A DNA stretch of 64,000 nucleotides from Felis catus (lineage: Eukaryota), in the NCBI RefSeq assembly GCF_018350175.1, contig NC_058368.1, positions 53,694,001-53,758,000 on the forward strand. Direction: 5' to 3'. Every line of letters starts with the position of its first letter. The stretch's first letter is position 1. The position numbers and the translations under genes are program-made. Below, one piece after another: positions 51,772-64,000 of this stretch. A model generated the notes under the pieces. The model had not been told where the DNA came from, ran no database searches, and saw only the letters and a list, made by a program, of their open reading frames with translations.

Positions 51772-52475
51772 GAAATAAGTGTTGAGGAGCCTTAGCCTGG
51801 GTGTCTGAATCAGCTTTGTCTATGTATTCATACCACTGCTCAAGGTCATTCTGAGGTCAGTCTTCGATTTTCACATCCCAGCCATTTTCTGCAAGGCCCC
51901 TTAGGCTGGTCTGTATCTAAAACAAAGGTGAGTTTCTCCTTCTTTTGGGCGGCACTGACCACAGAGAAAATAATAATGAAGGCCATACAGCTACTCCGTT
52001 CTAGGCACAGGACCAAGCATTCTACTTGCTTAATCTTTAACTGTGAACCAATGCAAGGGATCATGATGTCATGACATGCTGCCCAGGATGCTCAGTTAGG
52101 GGTGGCATTTGGGTTTGGGTGTACACTGAGGTCATGGGAGGAAAATGTTGGGAGTTGAAGCTGGAAAGGTAAGCTAGCTGACTGTTAAAAGATCTCCATG
52201 ACCCACGCTAATTACCCCAGCCCATGGGGATCTCTTTCTCCTTGTTTCTTCTTCTCGTTTTTTTTTTTTTTTCTGGTCCTTATCTTCTCGTGTTTCGTTC
52301 TTTCTTTGGCTCCTGTTGTTTCCTCTGCCAGTGACTATGAACCCTCAGCTTCCCTGATTCCCTTGGGCTCTGTATCACTGTCCATTGATTTTGACTGACT
52401 TGGCCATTCCCACTCTGGTCCACCTGTTGGTGTAGACTGTGTCAGTGTGGCTGGATTACACACAGCATTGTTTTT

Positions 52476-52695
52476 AAGATTTTTTTTAATGTTTATTTAT
52501 TTTGAGAGAGAGAGAGAGGGAGAGAAAGAGAGCACACATGCAAGCAAGGAAGGGGCAGAGAGAGAGGCAGACAGAGGATCTGAAGTGGGCTCTGTCCTGA
52601 CAGCAGAGAGCCTGATGTGGGACTCGAATTCATGAACTGTGAGATCATGACCTGAGCCAAGTCAGACGCTTAACTGACTGAGCCACCAGGCACCC
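52476..52695 (-). mobile_element. CAN-SINE
   Basis: TSD CAGCATTGTTTTT on both sides. Confidence 0.93.
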
Positions 52696-52941
52696 CAGCA
52701 TTGTTTTTTCCTACAGGAATTGTACTAGGAGATATTCGGGTAGAACTATATTCTGTCCATGAAACATCCTTGCATGCTGTATCTTTTGATAAAGTCTTCC
52801 TGTGAGCCATATTTTGAACAGGAAAGTAGACATCCAGCTACACTGGCATTCTCGATTATCATCCCCAGGACAATAGAGAAAAGCTCACCATGAAAAAAAG
52901 ATGTTGTAAGCTTTTCAGATGAAAACCAGATACTAGAAATA

Positions 52942-53067
52942 CTTCTCTTTCTCTCCCCATCTTCCCCTCTCCCCCTCCCCCTCTCCCTCCTCTCCCTCCC
53001 TCTCCCCCTCCTTCCTCCCCCCCCACCTCTTCCCCTGTCCCACCTTTTCTCTCTCTCTCTCTCTCTC
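52942..53067. repeat. Polypyrimidine (C/T) low-complexity tract
   Basis: About 125 bp of almost pure C/T, followed by a purine run. Confidence 0.93.
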
Positions 53068-53439
53068 AATAAATAAAAAGAAAGGAAGAAAGGAAGATGG
53101 ATGGATGGTCAGTCTCGGAATCACTGTCAGTAAGCTGTGAGGATAGCTGGGCTGCAAATGCCATGTGGAACATATGGAGAAGGAACAAATGTGCATCCTG
53201 GGGTTATGCAGTTGAGAACGTGGCTTCTCCTGGCAAAATGATAGCTTTGGATTACTGAAGATGTAATTTGTGAGGACTTAGAAATTGTGATCACTAAAAG
53301 TGACATTCACTTTCACTTAGATTCACTTAGAATGCACATTAAACTAGCTGCATTTCTTAGTTCGGAAAGCACTAATTTGGGTAATCAGGAGAGTCATAAA
53401 AAAATTGTATTCTGCGTGTCATTTGACAAAATCTCAAAA

Positions 53440-53680
53440 TGGGGTTAGGAGTATAAGCGCTGGAGTCTTTGAGAACGAAGTTGCCACCACCTTCTGACCA
53501 AGCATCTGAATTGCTCGGTGTCCTAGTTTCTTTATGTATGAAGTGGGAATAATAACATGGCCTACTTCATAGAGTTATTGCAAAGACTAAATGAGATAAT
53601 GCGTGTAAACCTCTTAGAAAAACACATAACACATAATAGACCCATAACACATGTTAGCTATTATCATAGTCATGATATGG
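53440..53680 (+). mobile_element. MIR
   Basis: ..GTTTCTTTATGTATGAAGTGGGAATAATAA..CCTACTTCATAGAGTTATTG..AAATGAGATAATGCGTGTAAA. Confidence 0.75.
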
Positions 53681-54099
53681 ATGCCATCTTTGTATATCAC
53701 TTAAAGAAGTGTGGGCAGTACTGTGTGTTCCAGAGAGTTGTAGCTCCTGGATATGGTGGACCTAAGGAGTGCTGATTGTCTCCCCGATGCCAACTTTGAG
53801 TTGGGCTCTCCGGTTGTATCCTTGGCCCTTACTCTGTCAAGATTTCTGCTAACGATTTGCATGATGATATAGGAGAAGTACTTACAAAACTTACAGCCGA
53901 AGCAAAGTGGAGGCAGAATAGCAATGTTAAATACTAGAGCAGGAATTAAAAAAAAAAAAAAACAAAAAAAAACCTTGAGGTTAAAAAGTAGGCTCAAGTC
54001 TCATAAAATGCGGTTTAGTGAGGCTTTGTGCAAAACTTACCTTTGCATTCCAAATGTTAGCGGTGCTATTCTAGAGTAGAGGACGTCTGATTCAAGAAT

Positions 54100-54400
54100 A
54101 ACTCATATAAAAATTAGGAATAAAACAATTTATGTGTCACTGTACGGATGTCCAAAAGCTAATGCAGTTTTAAGCTAATTACGATTAACAAAATGGTCAC
54201 CCTTGCACCATGCTTTGAGCTGCTCAGATCCTCGGGAAATGTTGCACTTCGTGTCAAGTCAGAAGGGATCGGCAGGGATGTTGGCATGAAAGGATTCTAT
54301 AGGTGAGTGTAAAGGCGGTAGAGGCCAAGACACTTGATCAGTAGTGGAAGGAATTGGGGATAATGGGCCTGGAAGAGAGTGGTAGTTGTCCAGGATTTAG
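54100..54400 (+). mobile_element. L3/CR1-like fragment
   Basis: ..CCAAAAGCTAATGCAGTTTTAAGCT..GAAGGAATTGGGGAT..GCCTGGAAGAGAG resembles the CR1/L3 3' region. Confidence 0.45.
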
Positions 54401-55979
54401 GACACCTATTGTGAAATACCTGAGATACTTAACGGGGAATGCACCAGATAGAATCACAGAAGGCGAGAGTGGTACATGTGTGCGAAAATTACAGTGAGGT
54501 GGATTCCATTTAATGATATGGAGGTGCTTTGTAGAACATGTGTCTAAAAGTGGAAAGTATTGCCTTGTAGAGCAGTGGGTTTGTTTTCGCTTAAGTACCT
54601 AAATACAGTCAGGAAGGCAGCGATGGTGGAGACGAGGTGGGCCAGAGAGCACCTAGTGTTCTCTCCACCCTCAGAGTCTTCAGTTCTCAACCCAATAGCC
54701 CGCTCTTCAGAATCCATTGTAGATAAGGAGACACATTGGAACACGATCAATTATGAGTCAAGATATCCAGCAAAACCGATCGCTTAGGAGTGGAGACAGA
54801 AAAGCAGCCAGACAAAACCCAGAGCCCGGGAAATGCAACCCTCCGTGGGAACCACCCCTACAGAAGTACAAGCGAGAGAACAAAACAAAACAAAAAGGAG
54901 TCCCCACGTGAAAACACATTTCAAACAAACAAAAGCCCAAGGAGCTTGTTTTAGAATTATGTAAAGAAATCCAAGAGGTTGTGGGGGGTAGGTAGGGAGA
55001 TGAATAGTTTGCAGTGAGCCATGAAACCAGGTCCAGAATAAGTAGATAGAATCAGTGTTAAGAGCACAATTAAGGAGAAGAACAATCAACCTATACAGCA
55101 TTAGGATATGGAAAGTGAGGAATGCCAGTGGGGCATACAAATTGGAAAAGGCAGAATTAATCTTCCTGAAGGAAACCAGCCTATGCTCAGAGGCACCCGG
55201 AGGGATAGCGCTGGGTGGGCTTTTATTTGATTCCTTTTGGAAGAGTGCCTGGAGGTGTTGCTCTTCTCTCATTTTACCTGCCAGAGGTATAGACAGTGTG
55301 CAATTCTAGCTGGAAGACGCATGTTACGAGACATTCAAAGGGAGGAGAGAATAAAACCAACTCAAAAAGAGCGGCTAAAAAAAATTGTTTGGAGGAATAA
55401 TTCTCTCTTGCACTTTGTAAGAAAGGGATGTTTTCAGAGACAAGAGTTGCTTAACAAAGGTGAATTAGCAAGGAGGATGCCAAAAGCAATCACCTAAGCA
55501 GCAAAGAATTTGGAGACTGGTTTAAGAAGCCTGGGCTGAAGGATAACTCTTCAACTGATGCCAGGGCTAGGAAGTTCATTAATAAGGGAAAGGGGACAAG
55601 CGGAATAGATACAATCTACTTACAAGAAAGCAAAGTTAATAGACAAAATAAAGCAAGGCAGGTGTGTAATGGAAGTAGAAGCAATTAACTTTGAAACTCA
55701 GGCAGGATTTGTCAGGGGAAAGGTAAGCAGACTGAATAATTTTGTTTGGAACAGGAAAAGAGGAAGCTGATGGAAAGGCTGATAATTACAGGGTGAGAAG
55801 AATGTTCCCTTTCAGGGTACAAAAGATGTTAGGAGACCTGGGAAGAAACAAACATGCTGAAATGAAATCCTCAAATGCAGGGTGATGGATTAGGATACAA
55901 AGTCAACAGTACAAATTTATTGAGTTCGAAATATGTCACAGGCCCTATCTTCTAATAAAGAGTGCTTTTCCCTGAGAAG

Positions 55980-56215
55980 CTGTCTGTCTAGGTGAGCATA
56001 ATAATACTGTGTATTAACATATTTGATCCCCACAATAATCCTTTGAGGTAGGCATTCATACCATTAATATTCCTATTTTACAAATGAAGAAATGGAAACA
56101 GGGTTGAAATAGTACCCTATTTTAATACAATGAGAAATCGGCGAATTACGAGATGAATTTGGACACTCCGACTCCAGAACCTGTGATCTTAACCTCTATT
56201 CTGTTCTGCCTCTAG
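55980..56215 (-). mobile_element. MIR
   Basis: TTTGATCCCCACAATAATCCTTTGAGGTAGG..CCTATTTTACAAATGAAGAAA..GACTCCAGAACCTGTGATCTTAACC. Confidence 0.75.
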
Positions 56216-56499
56216 GATAAAGGTGCCACTAATGAGATCACTTTGCGGGGGCTAGAAGTTTCCCTAACTCTCAAATACCGCCTCTGAGAGAATAACACAG
56301 TACCTGAAATTCTACCACTAGACTCTCTCTTCATTGTGGAAGAGGAAACCTATCAAACCATTACTGACCACTGACTGTGTAGGATTTATCTCCATTTATT
56401 CAACAACCATTTCCTGAGTATTTGCTAGGTGCCAGGGTCGTGCCCTACAGTATGTAAGCAGAAATGAATGAAATGTTTTTGCCTATCTAAAGCTCCACC

Positions 56500-57090
56500 T
56501 GTTCAGGATACTGTACAGCCCCCTGGTCCAAGCTGTCACCATCTCTCCCCTGGATTCGTGCAGAAGCTTCTGGACTGGTCTTTCCATTCTAAACCCTTCC
56601 TTTTAATTCCCACAGGGCAGTCACAGTTGTCAGTTTAAATGCACATCTCAGCTCGTCTCTCCCTATTGGAATCCTTTGATGGCTTCCCGCTGCTCTTGGG
56701 ATTAAGACTGAAATCATTAAAATGGCCTACAAGGCCTGGTATGATCTGGCCTCTATCTAACTTTCTAGATTAACCTTGTTCTCCTCTGCCCCATGCTCTT
56801 CCAATGTCTCCATGATATCATGGTTCTTCCCAAATTACTTTTGCCCAATTAATTGCTATTTATTTCTTCAGATCTCCCTGCCAGTGTCACCACCTCAGGG
56901 AGTTTGCAGTGAGCACCATCTCGTAGCTCCCTGTGGCTTTATCTTCCAAAGCTTTGACAAGTTAGTGTGATCATTTGATTAATATCTGGCCCTTTCAGTA
57001 GACTCCATTAGGACACGGATTTTATTTTGCACTCATTTGTATCTTTACACATAGAAAAGTGTGCAATAAACATTGATTGATTAAATTGAT
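56500..57090 (+). mobile_element. L2 3' fragment
   Basis: CCCTGGTCCAAGC..CATCTCTCCCCTGGA..ATGGCCTACAAGGCC..CAATAAACATTGATTGATT, L2 3' end. Confidence 0.7.
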
Positions 57091-57788
57091 CTTTTTCTCT
57101 TGGAAAATATGCCTACTTGTTTTACTATCAATTCTCTAGTCTCTTCGCTACGTTCAGTTTACGCTTACGCATGATGTCTGTCACCTCACGGTGTGTACAT
57201 ATGGCTCTATCTCTCTTCTGGCTTCTACTGCACTCTATTTGCTGCCTTCCTACTGGACATTTGACCCCCCGAGGGATTCTTATAATGGTTCAGCTGGTTA
57301 TTATCCAGTATAATGAAGCAGTTTGGGCATTTCCTATCAGCTATCTTATAAACTGCTGGAAGGCCAATAGATGGTCATATTTGGGTCACCTACCCATTGC
57401 CGATCCATACAGACATGGTCATGGTAGCAGGGTCATAGAGTACGAATTACTGAACTCAACATGTAAGGAACTGTATCCCTTCTTTGAAAGGAGTCTTGAA
57501 CATGGCAGGCTTTCAGAGCTAGCATCGAGCTTGGCATCTGGAAAATGTTACATAAGTAATAAGTGATCATTGAGTGATGAATGATAAAGAAATAAAAAAA
57601 AATGAGCTGAGGACATCTACTAGCAACCTCAGAGCTTGGTGCTGCAATTAGAGCTTGTATCTCCTGATCAACTTTCCAGGGTTCATTTGACTATACCAGT
57701 CCACAGCTAATGAGAACATGAAATAAGTAAACAGTTATAAGAATGATACCTAGAGAAAGCACTCAGACCCTAAATACAGTGTTAGTGT

Positions 57789-57791
<3 letters not shown>

Positions 57792-57842
<51 letters not shown>
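57792..57842. repeat. (TG)n microsatellite
   Basis: Perfect TG run. Confidence 0.98.
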
Positions 57843-57844
<2 letters not shown>

Positions 57845-58091
57845 CCCTTGTTCAACACTGTTTCCCTCTAACTCTGGACTGTCCCCCCTCTAACTTCCAG
57901 AGTTAGAGCAGTGAAAGGTTTCCTCTAGATGAAAAACATCATCTCCCTACCACCCTCTGGAATGCCTACCTACCCACATCACTTGGTTTGCTGCATACTT
58001 TGTGTTCCCTGGCACAAAATATGGCATTTTCCGGATGATAAAACTTATGATGAGTGTAATAACACCATATTCCATGGAATAAAACTTTTAA

Positions 58092-58306
58092 AATTTATTT
58101 TTTTACACTTATTTCGAAGGAGAGAGAGAGAGCAAGAGAGAGAGCAGAGGGGCAGAGAGAAAGGAAGAGAGAGAATCCCAAGCAGGTCCTGCACTGTAAG
58201 TGCAGAGCCCGATGCAGGGCTTGAACTCATGAACTGAGAGATCATGACCTGAGCTGAAACCAAGAGCCAGACGCTTAACTTACCGAGCCACCCAGGCAAC
58301 CCACCC
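58092..58306 (-). mobile_element. CAN-SINE
   Basis: TSD AAACTTTTAA on both sides. Confidence 0.92.
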
Positions 58307-59577
58307 AAACTTTTAATATTTAAACAAGGAAAGGAAGAGCTTGCCTGATAATGTATTTTGAAGGACATTTTGGAATAGGCAAGTTAAAAGCCAGGTATAG
58401 TAAGAGCCAGGGAGGGCTTTAGGAAGTGACACACAGGACAGAAATGGTCTGCAATTGGAATGCTGAGACCATTCTCTCAGTATTCGATAATGTGCAATGA
58501 TTTTGTTGACACCTAAGAGAAATGAGGTTGTTGGGGTGTTCTTTTGGGGACAGGTTACCCTGGATTATGCAACCACTTGTCTCTACCCTTTTTGTAACCG
58601 TAGAGCCACAGAAGTAATACACTTAGCCTATCTTTTCAAACTCCTCTCCTTTGAGCTTTGTTTGGTGGGAATTCTGAAGTTGCTCTTGACAGTTAACCTA
58701 ACTTTTTTTTTGTTTTTTCTTTGCACAAGGGAATAAACCCAAGCACAGACTTTGGGGCAATAGTGGACTTTTTGTTCTCCCGTTGAAAGCCTCTGGGATT
58801 GGTGGCTGATGAATCACCCCCGGTCAGATTTACAGACAAAAGCTTTTCTGATTGGCTGTCACTGGGTCAGTTTCCCACCCTGTCTTATCTCTGTCTCATC
58901 CTTGTAGCCTAACAATAGGACTGGGTGTAGGGCCGTGTTAGTTTAGGGAGAGAGAGTGTGGCTTCATCTGAGCCTTTGCCTGGTACTAGTGATGTCAAGT
59001 GAGACAAGAGTTGGAAAGGCACTTTGCAAGGACCAAGGTGCTATGTACAGTGAGGGATAGAGCAGACAAGAAGGAATGCTACCCATGGGTAGGTAAGACC
59101 AGTATGACCTTGAGATACTCATCTGTTGTAGGCTGAGGAATTTGAGGAAATTCTTTGTTCACCAACTTGAACTGAAGTGCCTTTGCAAACGCAAACTTTA
59201 CATTTAGCGAACATGTTAAAAAATGTGTGTTACTGTAGCCATGAACGGAGTTATATTAAGGTAAAAGGCACACCTGGGTTAAGAAGTGACAGGGAAGGAT
59301 GATTAGCTAAGAGACGTGCAATTCCTGCATTTACTGAGAGAGAATGCAGGCTGCAGAAAGAGCACGTTTGAGGAAAACATGTCCCAACCATTTCATTTAA
59401 GAAAGCAGAAAATTGAAGTCCGGGAGGTTGAGGGACTGGCTCAGTGCCACCTACCCAGTTAACGGAAGAGCTCAGATCTTCTCACCCTCGTACTGGTCAA
59501 AAAAGGAGTTCCAGCCTAGGTATCTGAGACCTGGATTCAAGTCCTGGATGTACTCTTTACTGTGTGTCCTTGCAGTT

Positions 59578-59770
59578 GTGTTGTTGTTGTTTGTTTGTTT
59601 GTTTTGAGAGAGAGAGAGGGAGACAGAGAGAGGGAGAGAGAGAATCCCAAGCAGGCTCTGCACTGTCAGCACTGAGCCCAATGTGGGGCTCAAATCCACG
59701 AACCGTGAGATCATGACCTGAGCCAAAATCAAGAGCCAGACGCTTAACTGACCGAGCCACCCAGGCACCC
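59578..59770 (-). mobile_element. CAN-SINE with (CAA)n-type tail
   Basis: Ends ..CACCCAGGCACCCC; tail degenerated to GTT/GTTT repeats. Confidence 0.92.
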
Positions 59771-60544
59771 CAGTTTCTAATCCTACACTATGGCAAGAAA
59801 TATTCGTACTCTGCTTGCCTCCCAGGTAGGCTCTAAGAGTAACAGATGCAAAAGTAGTGTGCCAAGAGTTATGTAAGTGCAGGGTTACGTTGCATTTGTT
59901 TGACTAATTCAAAGTGTTACCACTTGATACTATCTGTGTGACAAATCCAACTTTGTAAGGACTAAAATAGTGGAGACAAAAACCTGTTTTGTCATTTTCT
60001 TTTACCCTTTAGAGTCTGGAAGTGGTGCTGAGTACCCACGATGTAGAACAGAGCTCAATAAATAACTGTTGATTTCTTGAAGAGCAAGGTTTGTGAAATT
60101 TGAGTGTACTCATGATAGCAGAGCTAACTTTAGAGAAATCTTGCTTTCAGAGAATGTGTGTAACTAGACCGTAATCCAAAGTTAATATTGCTCGTGACTG
60201 TTTTTTCATACCATGGATACTAGTGAGTTTCCTTTTAAAATGATCAAGGAGGTGAGTGATTTCTTGCTTGTGAGAAGTCACAAAATTCCAAGTCACAAAA
60301 TTTGCCCTGATTTCAGGTCCAGACTCCTATCAGTGTAACTTTCTCAGGACATCTCCACATTCATCACTGATACCCACTCGAATTCTTTGTAAACTTACTA
60401 CGTGTTTATTAGAAAACAACTATGGGACAATCGTTGTCCTTTTCAAACATGTGGATGGACAACATTCACAAACTACTCTCTTCCAGACCTAGCAGAAGCA
60501 TGCTTTAGAACTGAAATGTTAGGATATACATTTTCTGTTGAGTT

Positions 60545-60770
60545 GGAATTCCTAGAACTTAAAATTATCCATTTTAAAGTATACCACTCAGTACATTCAC
60601 AGCGTTGTGCAAGCGCACTTCCGTCCGGCTCCACAGCATTTTCATCACCCCAAAAGGAGCCCTGTACACATTCAGCAGACACTCCCCGTTCCTCCCTGTC
60701 TCCCTCCCTCCCAGGCCCAGGCCCTGACAACCACCAATCCCCTCTGTGTTTCTGTGGATTTTCCCACATG
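60545..60770 (-). mobile_element. L1MB-like 3'UTR fragment
   Basis: AAAATTATCCATTTTAAAGT..CATTTTCATCACCCCAAAAGGA..GACAACCACCAATCC..TCTGTGGATTT is typical of old L1 3' ends. Confidence 0.75.
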
Positions 60771-63700
60771 ATCCAGTTTTTTCCTTTTAAAAGTTTTTGT
60801 CTGGCAGTATCTCCTTTAGGTTCATACTGGTCTTGAAGAAGATGGTCGGTTTGCCTTTTCAAGCTACGAAAATAAAAGTAGAATTAAAGAGAAGTTAATT
60901 GACATGCCACTGGCCAAAGAGGCACTGGCTGGCCGTGCCAGAAATATAATTAACCATGACAGATTACATGTGTACTCAGCAAGAAGAGAAACACAGGTTA
61001 GCATTTGTCAGTTCCTCATACCAGCCAGTCTCAGAGTTGTGCTGTTGAGTTCCTCAGCTTGGATAGGATGGGCAACAGTGTTTGTTTGTTCATTCACCCA
61101 ACAAAGAATGTGTGCCTCGCACAGACAAGTTGCCGGGATGCGTATTTATGAATGATTGCTGTGTGAGTTGCAAGTCACGGTTCCTAATACAGATACTTTG
61201 CTAGGCACTAGTGGCTTACAACTCAGGACATGCTAAGTAAATGTTACATTCCTAGAGAGGGATCCTTTAAATACACGCCTGCACACACACACTTGCGTGC
61301 ACACACATTGGTTTATATTTGGAAATGAGAGCTCTTTTAGCTGGACTAGCGGTTTTCTCCTAAAATGGCTTCGTAAATGTCTAACATGATCTGGGTGGGC
61401 ATGGCGAGCTCGTGCCCTGTTCTGGCCACAGGTGGGTGTTCCTCAGTGCCTGACTGGGGTGACTGTTGGACCCTCGGACTCGTCCGGGGGCTGTTCAAAA
61501 CACCTCTTCTTTAGGAGCCCTGCAAATGCACGCTAAGGTGGCTGTCCCCTGAAATGCAGCCCTTGATGCCGTGATGTCTGGCTAGTTGTCTTCTGTCCGT
61601 GGCACACATGTGCGGGCATAAGAAGTCCTGCAGAATGCTCAAGTTTTGAAATGAGGAAGATGGGAGGACCTACACAGGTCATTGGTGCTGCTATGAAAAA
61701 TCATTTCTGGCATGAGTTTGGGTTCAGTTTAGCCCATTCTTTGTTTCAAAGAAATCACATTATACATGGAACTAGGACCTGGGAACCCGCAGCCCCTCCC
61801 CAATATCGTGGTCTGCCTGGGCCTTCATGATAAGAAGTTTCAGGTTATTCTATTGAAATGTGAGGGACTAAAGCGGGTTTGTTATCTGTTGCCTTTCAAA
61901 GGCCTCTAAGCAGTGAAATACTATCTGAGAGCGTGAAAGAGACACAAGACCAGACTAGCAGGTGTTGATCCAAAATGAGGTGAAAACACTCACAGCGCAA
62001 ACTTACAGCCAGTGAGAATTTATTTTTGTGCCTTCAGGTAGGAAATGCCTCACAAAGAGAACATTAGCTGCATTTTTGGTCTTGTGGAATATGTTTTAAA
62101 ATTGTGTGGTATGTATGCTCAAAGAAACAGTTCACGATTCATCACAGGGCTGACTTCTGTCACACTGCAGAGGAAAGAAGACATAAAGGTGAATATCAAA
62201 GTTTGTAATTTGTAATTTAGGTCGAGACATTTTTCACTTTGGGAGAAATTTGCTGCTATGTGGTTCATAATGGGGGCTTTTATTATTGGACCCATTGCCT
62301 GTCCTTTGGATGAAAGTGTTTACATTTCTTTGGTGTACCAGGGAGAGGGCTCCTGTTTGACCTTGAAAAGGAATAAGGAAAATCATTCTTCTGGCTGTAC
62401 TTGTTTGCTGTATTTTCCACTGAGCTATGATGATCATATCAGGATTCTGCTTTGGAGGTAGTTTTTCCCAAATAGTCCCAGGTTTCGAAAACATTTACAT
62501 TATGCAAAGAAAAAATATGTCTCTGTTCTACCCCTCTGCTCCAGAGCCTTCTTCTCTTTCAAATCAAGCTAAAAAAACTTCAGCGTTCGTCGGAAAGCCT
62601 CCCTTACTTCACTCCTGTACTATGTGCTCAGACGCAATCCCACACAGAATCCATTTGCGTGAGTTGAAATGTTGGTAACTTCTTCTGAGGATGGTGTTTG
62701 TTTCTCCAATGATGTGGGTGCCTGCTCAGGGAAGAGGGAGTCCTTCCCCAAAGTTGGGATCCAATGGAGTCCTGATCATTCAGGGAATATTCAGTGCTGA
62801 CTGGCTCAACTCAAGGCTAGTATGTTTTCTGTTCTCAACCCTTTGTGTATCATTTATACATGTGCACCAAAGATCTTTCAGAGTAAAGCATGCTCTGCGT
62901 AGCCACTGGGGGAGGGAGAGATGGAGAAGGAAAGAGAGAGGTCAGGAAGGAGGGAGACAAGACAAGAAGAAAAAGGGGAGATTTTGTCTCTGCAAGTTCA
63001 TCCCCGCACTGCCCTATGGGTATACTGGTCCAGCTTTCATACTAGTATGAGAATGCTAACTGGCCACAGGTTTCACAGGGAATGTACTAGGTTGATGGTG
63101 AGATGAGAGGGTAGGTTTTACACCTAGGTCATTTCTTTGAAAGCATTACTGTTCAGATAAGCCTGGGAATCTTGGCTGCCCATTAAAAAAATAAATGAGG
63201 ACAAGGGGGAAGGAAGTCCATGGATCCCACTGTCTTATCACCGAGGAGTTTAAAACACCTCTTTAACATCCCAGGCCTCCAAACCTGTAGTCCCTTTTCG
63301 GAGGTTTATGGCCTTGTTCATATTCTGTGATTTATCCAGCCAAAGAGTCTTTGCAGATGCCTGCCTGAATTGCTCTTCCTTTTCCTCTTTTAGTTCGACT
63401 CGTTTTAGTTTATTCATTTAATAAACGCTTACTGTCAAGTGTTGTGCCAGGCACAGTGTTAGGCCCTAAGGATGATATGACAAACAGGACAGCATAGACT
63501 GCTCTTGTGGGACTAAAAGCCCACTAAGCAGAAACAGACACTACATATGTTATATATCACTGTCACTTAACTACTTCGCCTTCCTCAAAGTTAGCTACAG
63601 ACTCACTTTCTCTGCGAGGTGTTCCTCAAAAATTGTTTCTAACTGATGTCAAAGTCCTCGATGAAAAGTTCTCAGATCTTAATTTTACATGTTTTTGTGG

Positions 63701-64000
63701 TTATTTGATTAAAATGGCACCAGGACAAGAGATGATGTCCTCGTCCCCACCGTGTTCCCAGCAGCCAGCACGGTGCATGGCACAAAGTAAGCACTCGATC
63801 ATTTTTGAAGGAACAAGCGAGTATATGTGCAAGTTAGACCATATGACAAATTATACAGATGTGAAAATACTTTAAAACTACAAGAAGGACCCTTGGACTT
63901 GTCAACTCTAGGTTTTCTGGAGAGAGCAAATTTCTTCCTTCTGATATTATCAGTGAGGTAGTCACTCCTCATGAGCCCCTGGGGGAAAATTAAAACAAAA

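Noticed and set aside
51880..51934. Consensus donor AAG|GTGAGT
   Set aside because: No convincing partner acceptor or coding frame.
1014..59768. Recurrent ORFs of the type MAQSVKRPTSAQV..SSSPASGS..
   Set aside because: They are translations of CAN-SINE copies, not a gene family.
60275..60303. Short tandem duplication AAGTCACAAAATT (similar ones at about 9705 and 38920)
   Set aside because: Ordinary slippage micro-duplications.
1..64000. tRNA genes, CRISPR arrays or other prokaryote-type systems
   Set aside because: All tRNA-like A/B boxes belong to CAN-SINE heads, and no repeat-spacer array or operon-like organisation is present in this mammalian DNA.

Overview
This is AT-rich mammalian non-coding DNA from a carnivore, almost certainly a felid, because it carries about two dozen tRNA-derived CAN-SINEs including young SINEC_Fc-type copies. 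I found no intact protein-coding exon, RNA gene or CpG island. The only gene-derived sequence is a near full-length processed pseudogene of SNRPD2 (Sm D2) on the minus strand (about 8.5-9.0 kb), with a 4-bp frameshift, poly(A) remnant and target-site duplication (TSD). The rest is repeats and unique sequence: two 5'-truncated carnivore L1 insertions with TSDs, older L1M/L2/MIR/L3 fragments, several solo or partial LTRs, a MER94-like DNA transposon remnant and microsatellites. Most ORF-track entries are repeat-derived or chance ORFs. I found no evidence of a new biological system. The most notable items are the read-through ORF of the SNRPD2 retrocopy, nested insertions (SINE in SINE; SINE in LTR in L1), a strong CTCF-like motif inside a MIR, a triple overlapping fold-back palindrome, a perfect 26-bp palindrome, an unclassified LTR-like element, and a minus-strand bias of L1/LTR elements that hints at a + strand host intron. 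Repeat subfamily names come from recalled consensus sequences, not a database search, and boundaries of old elements are approximate.
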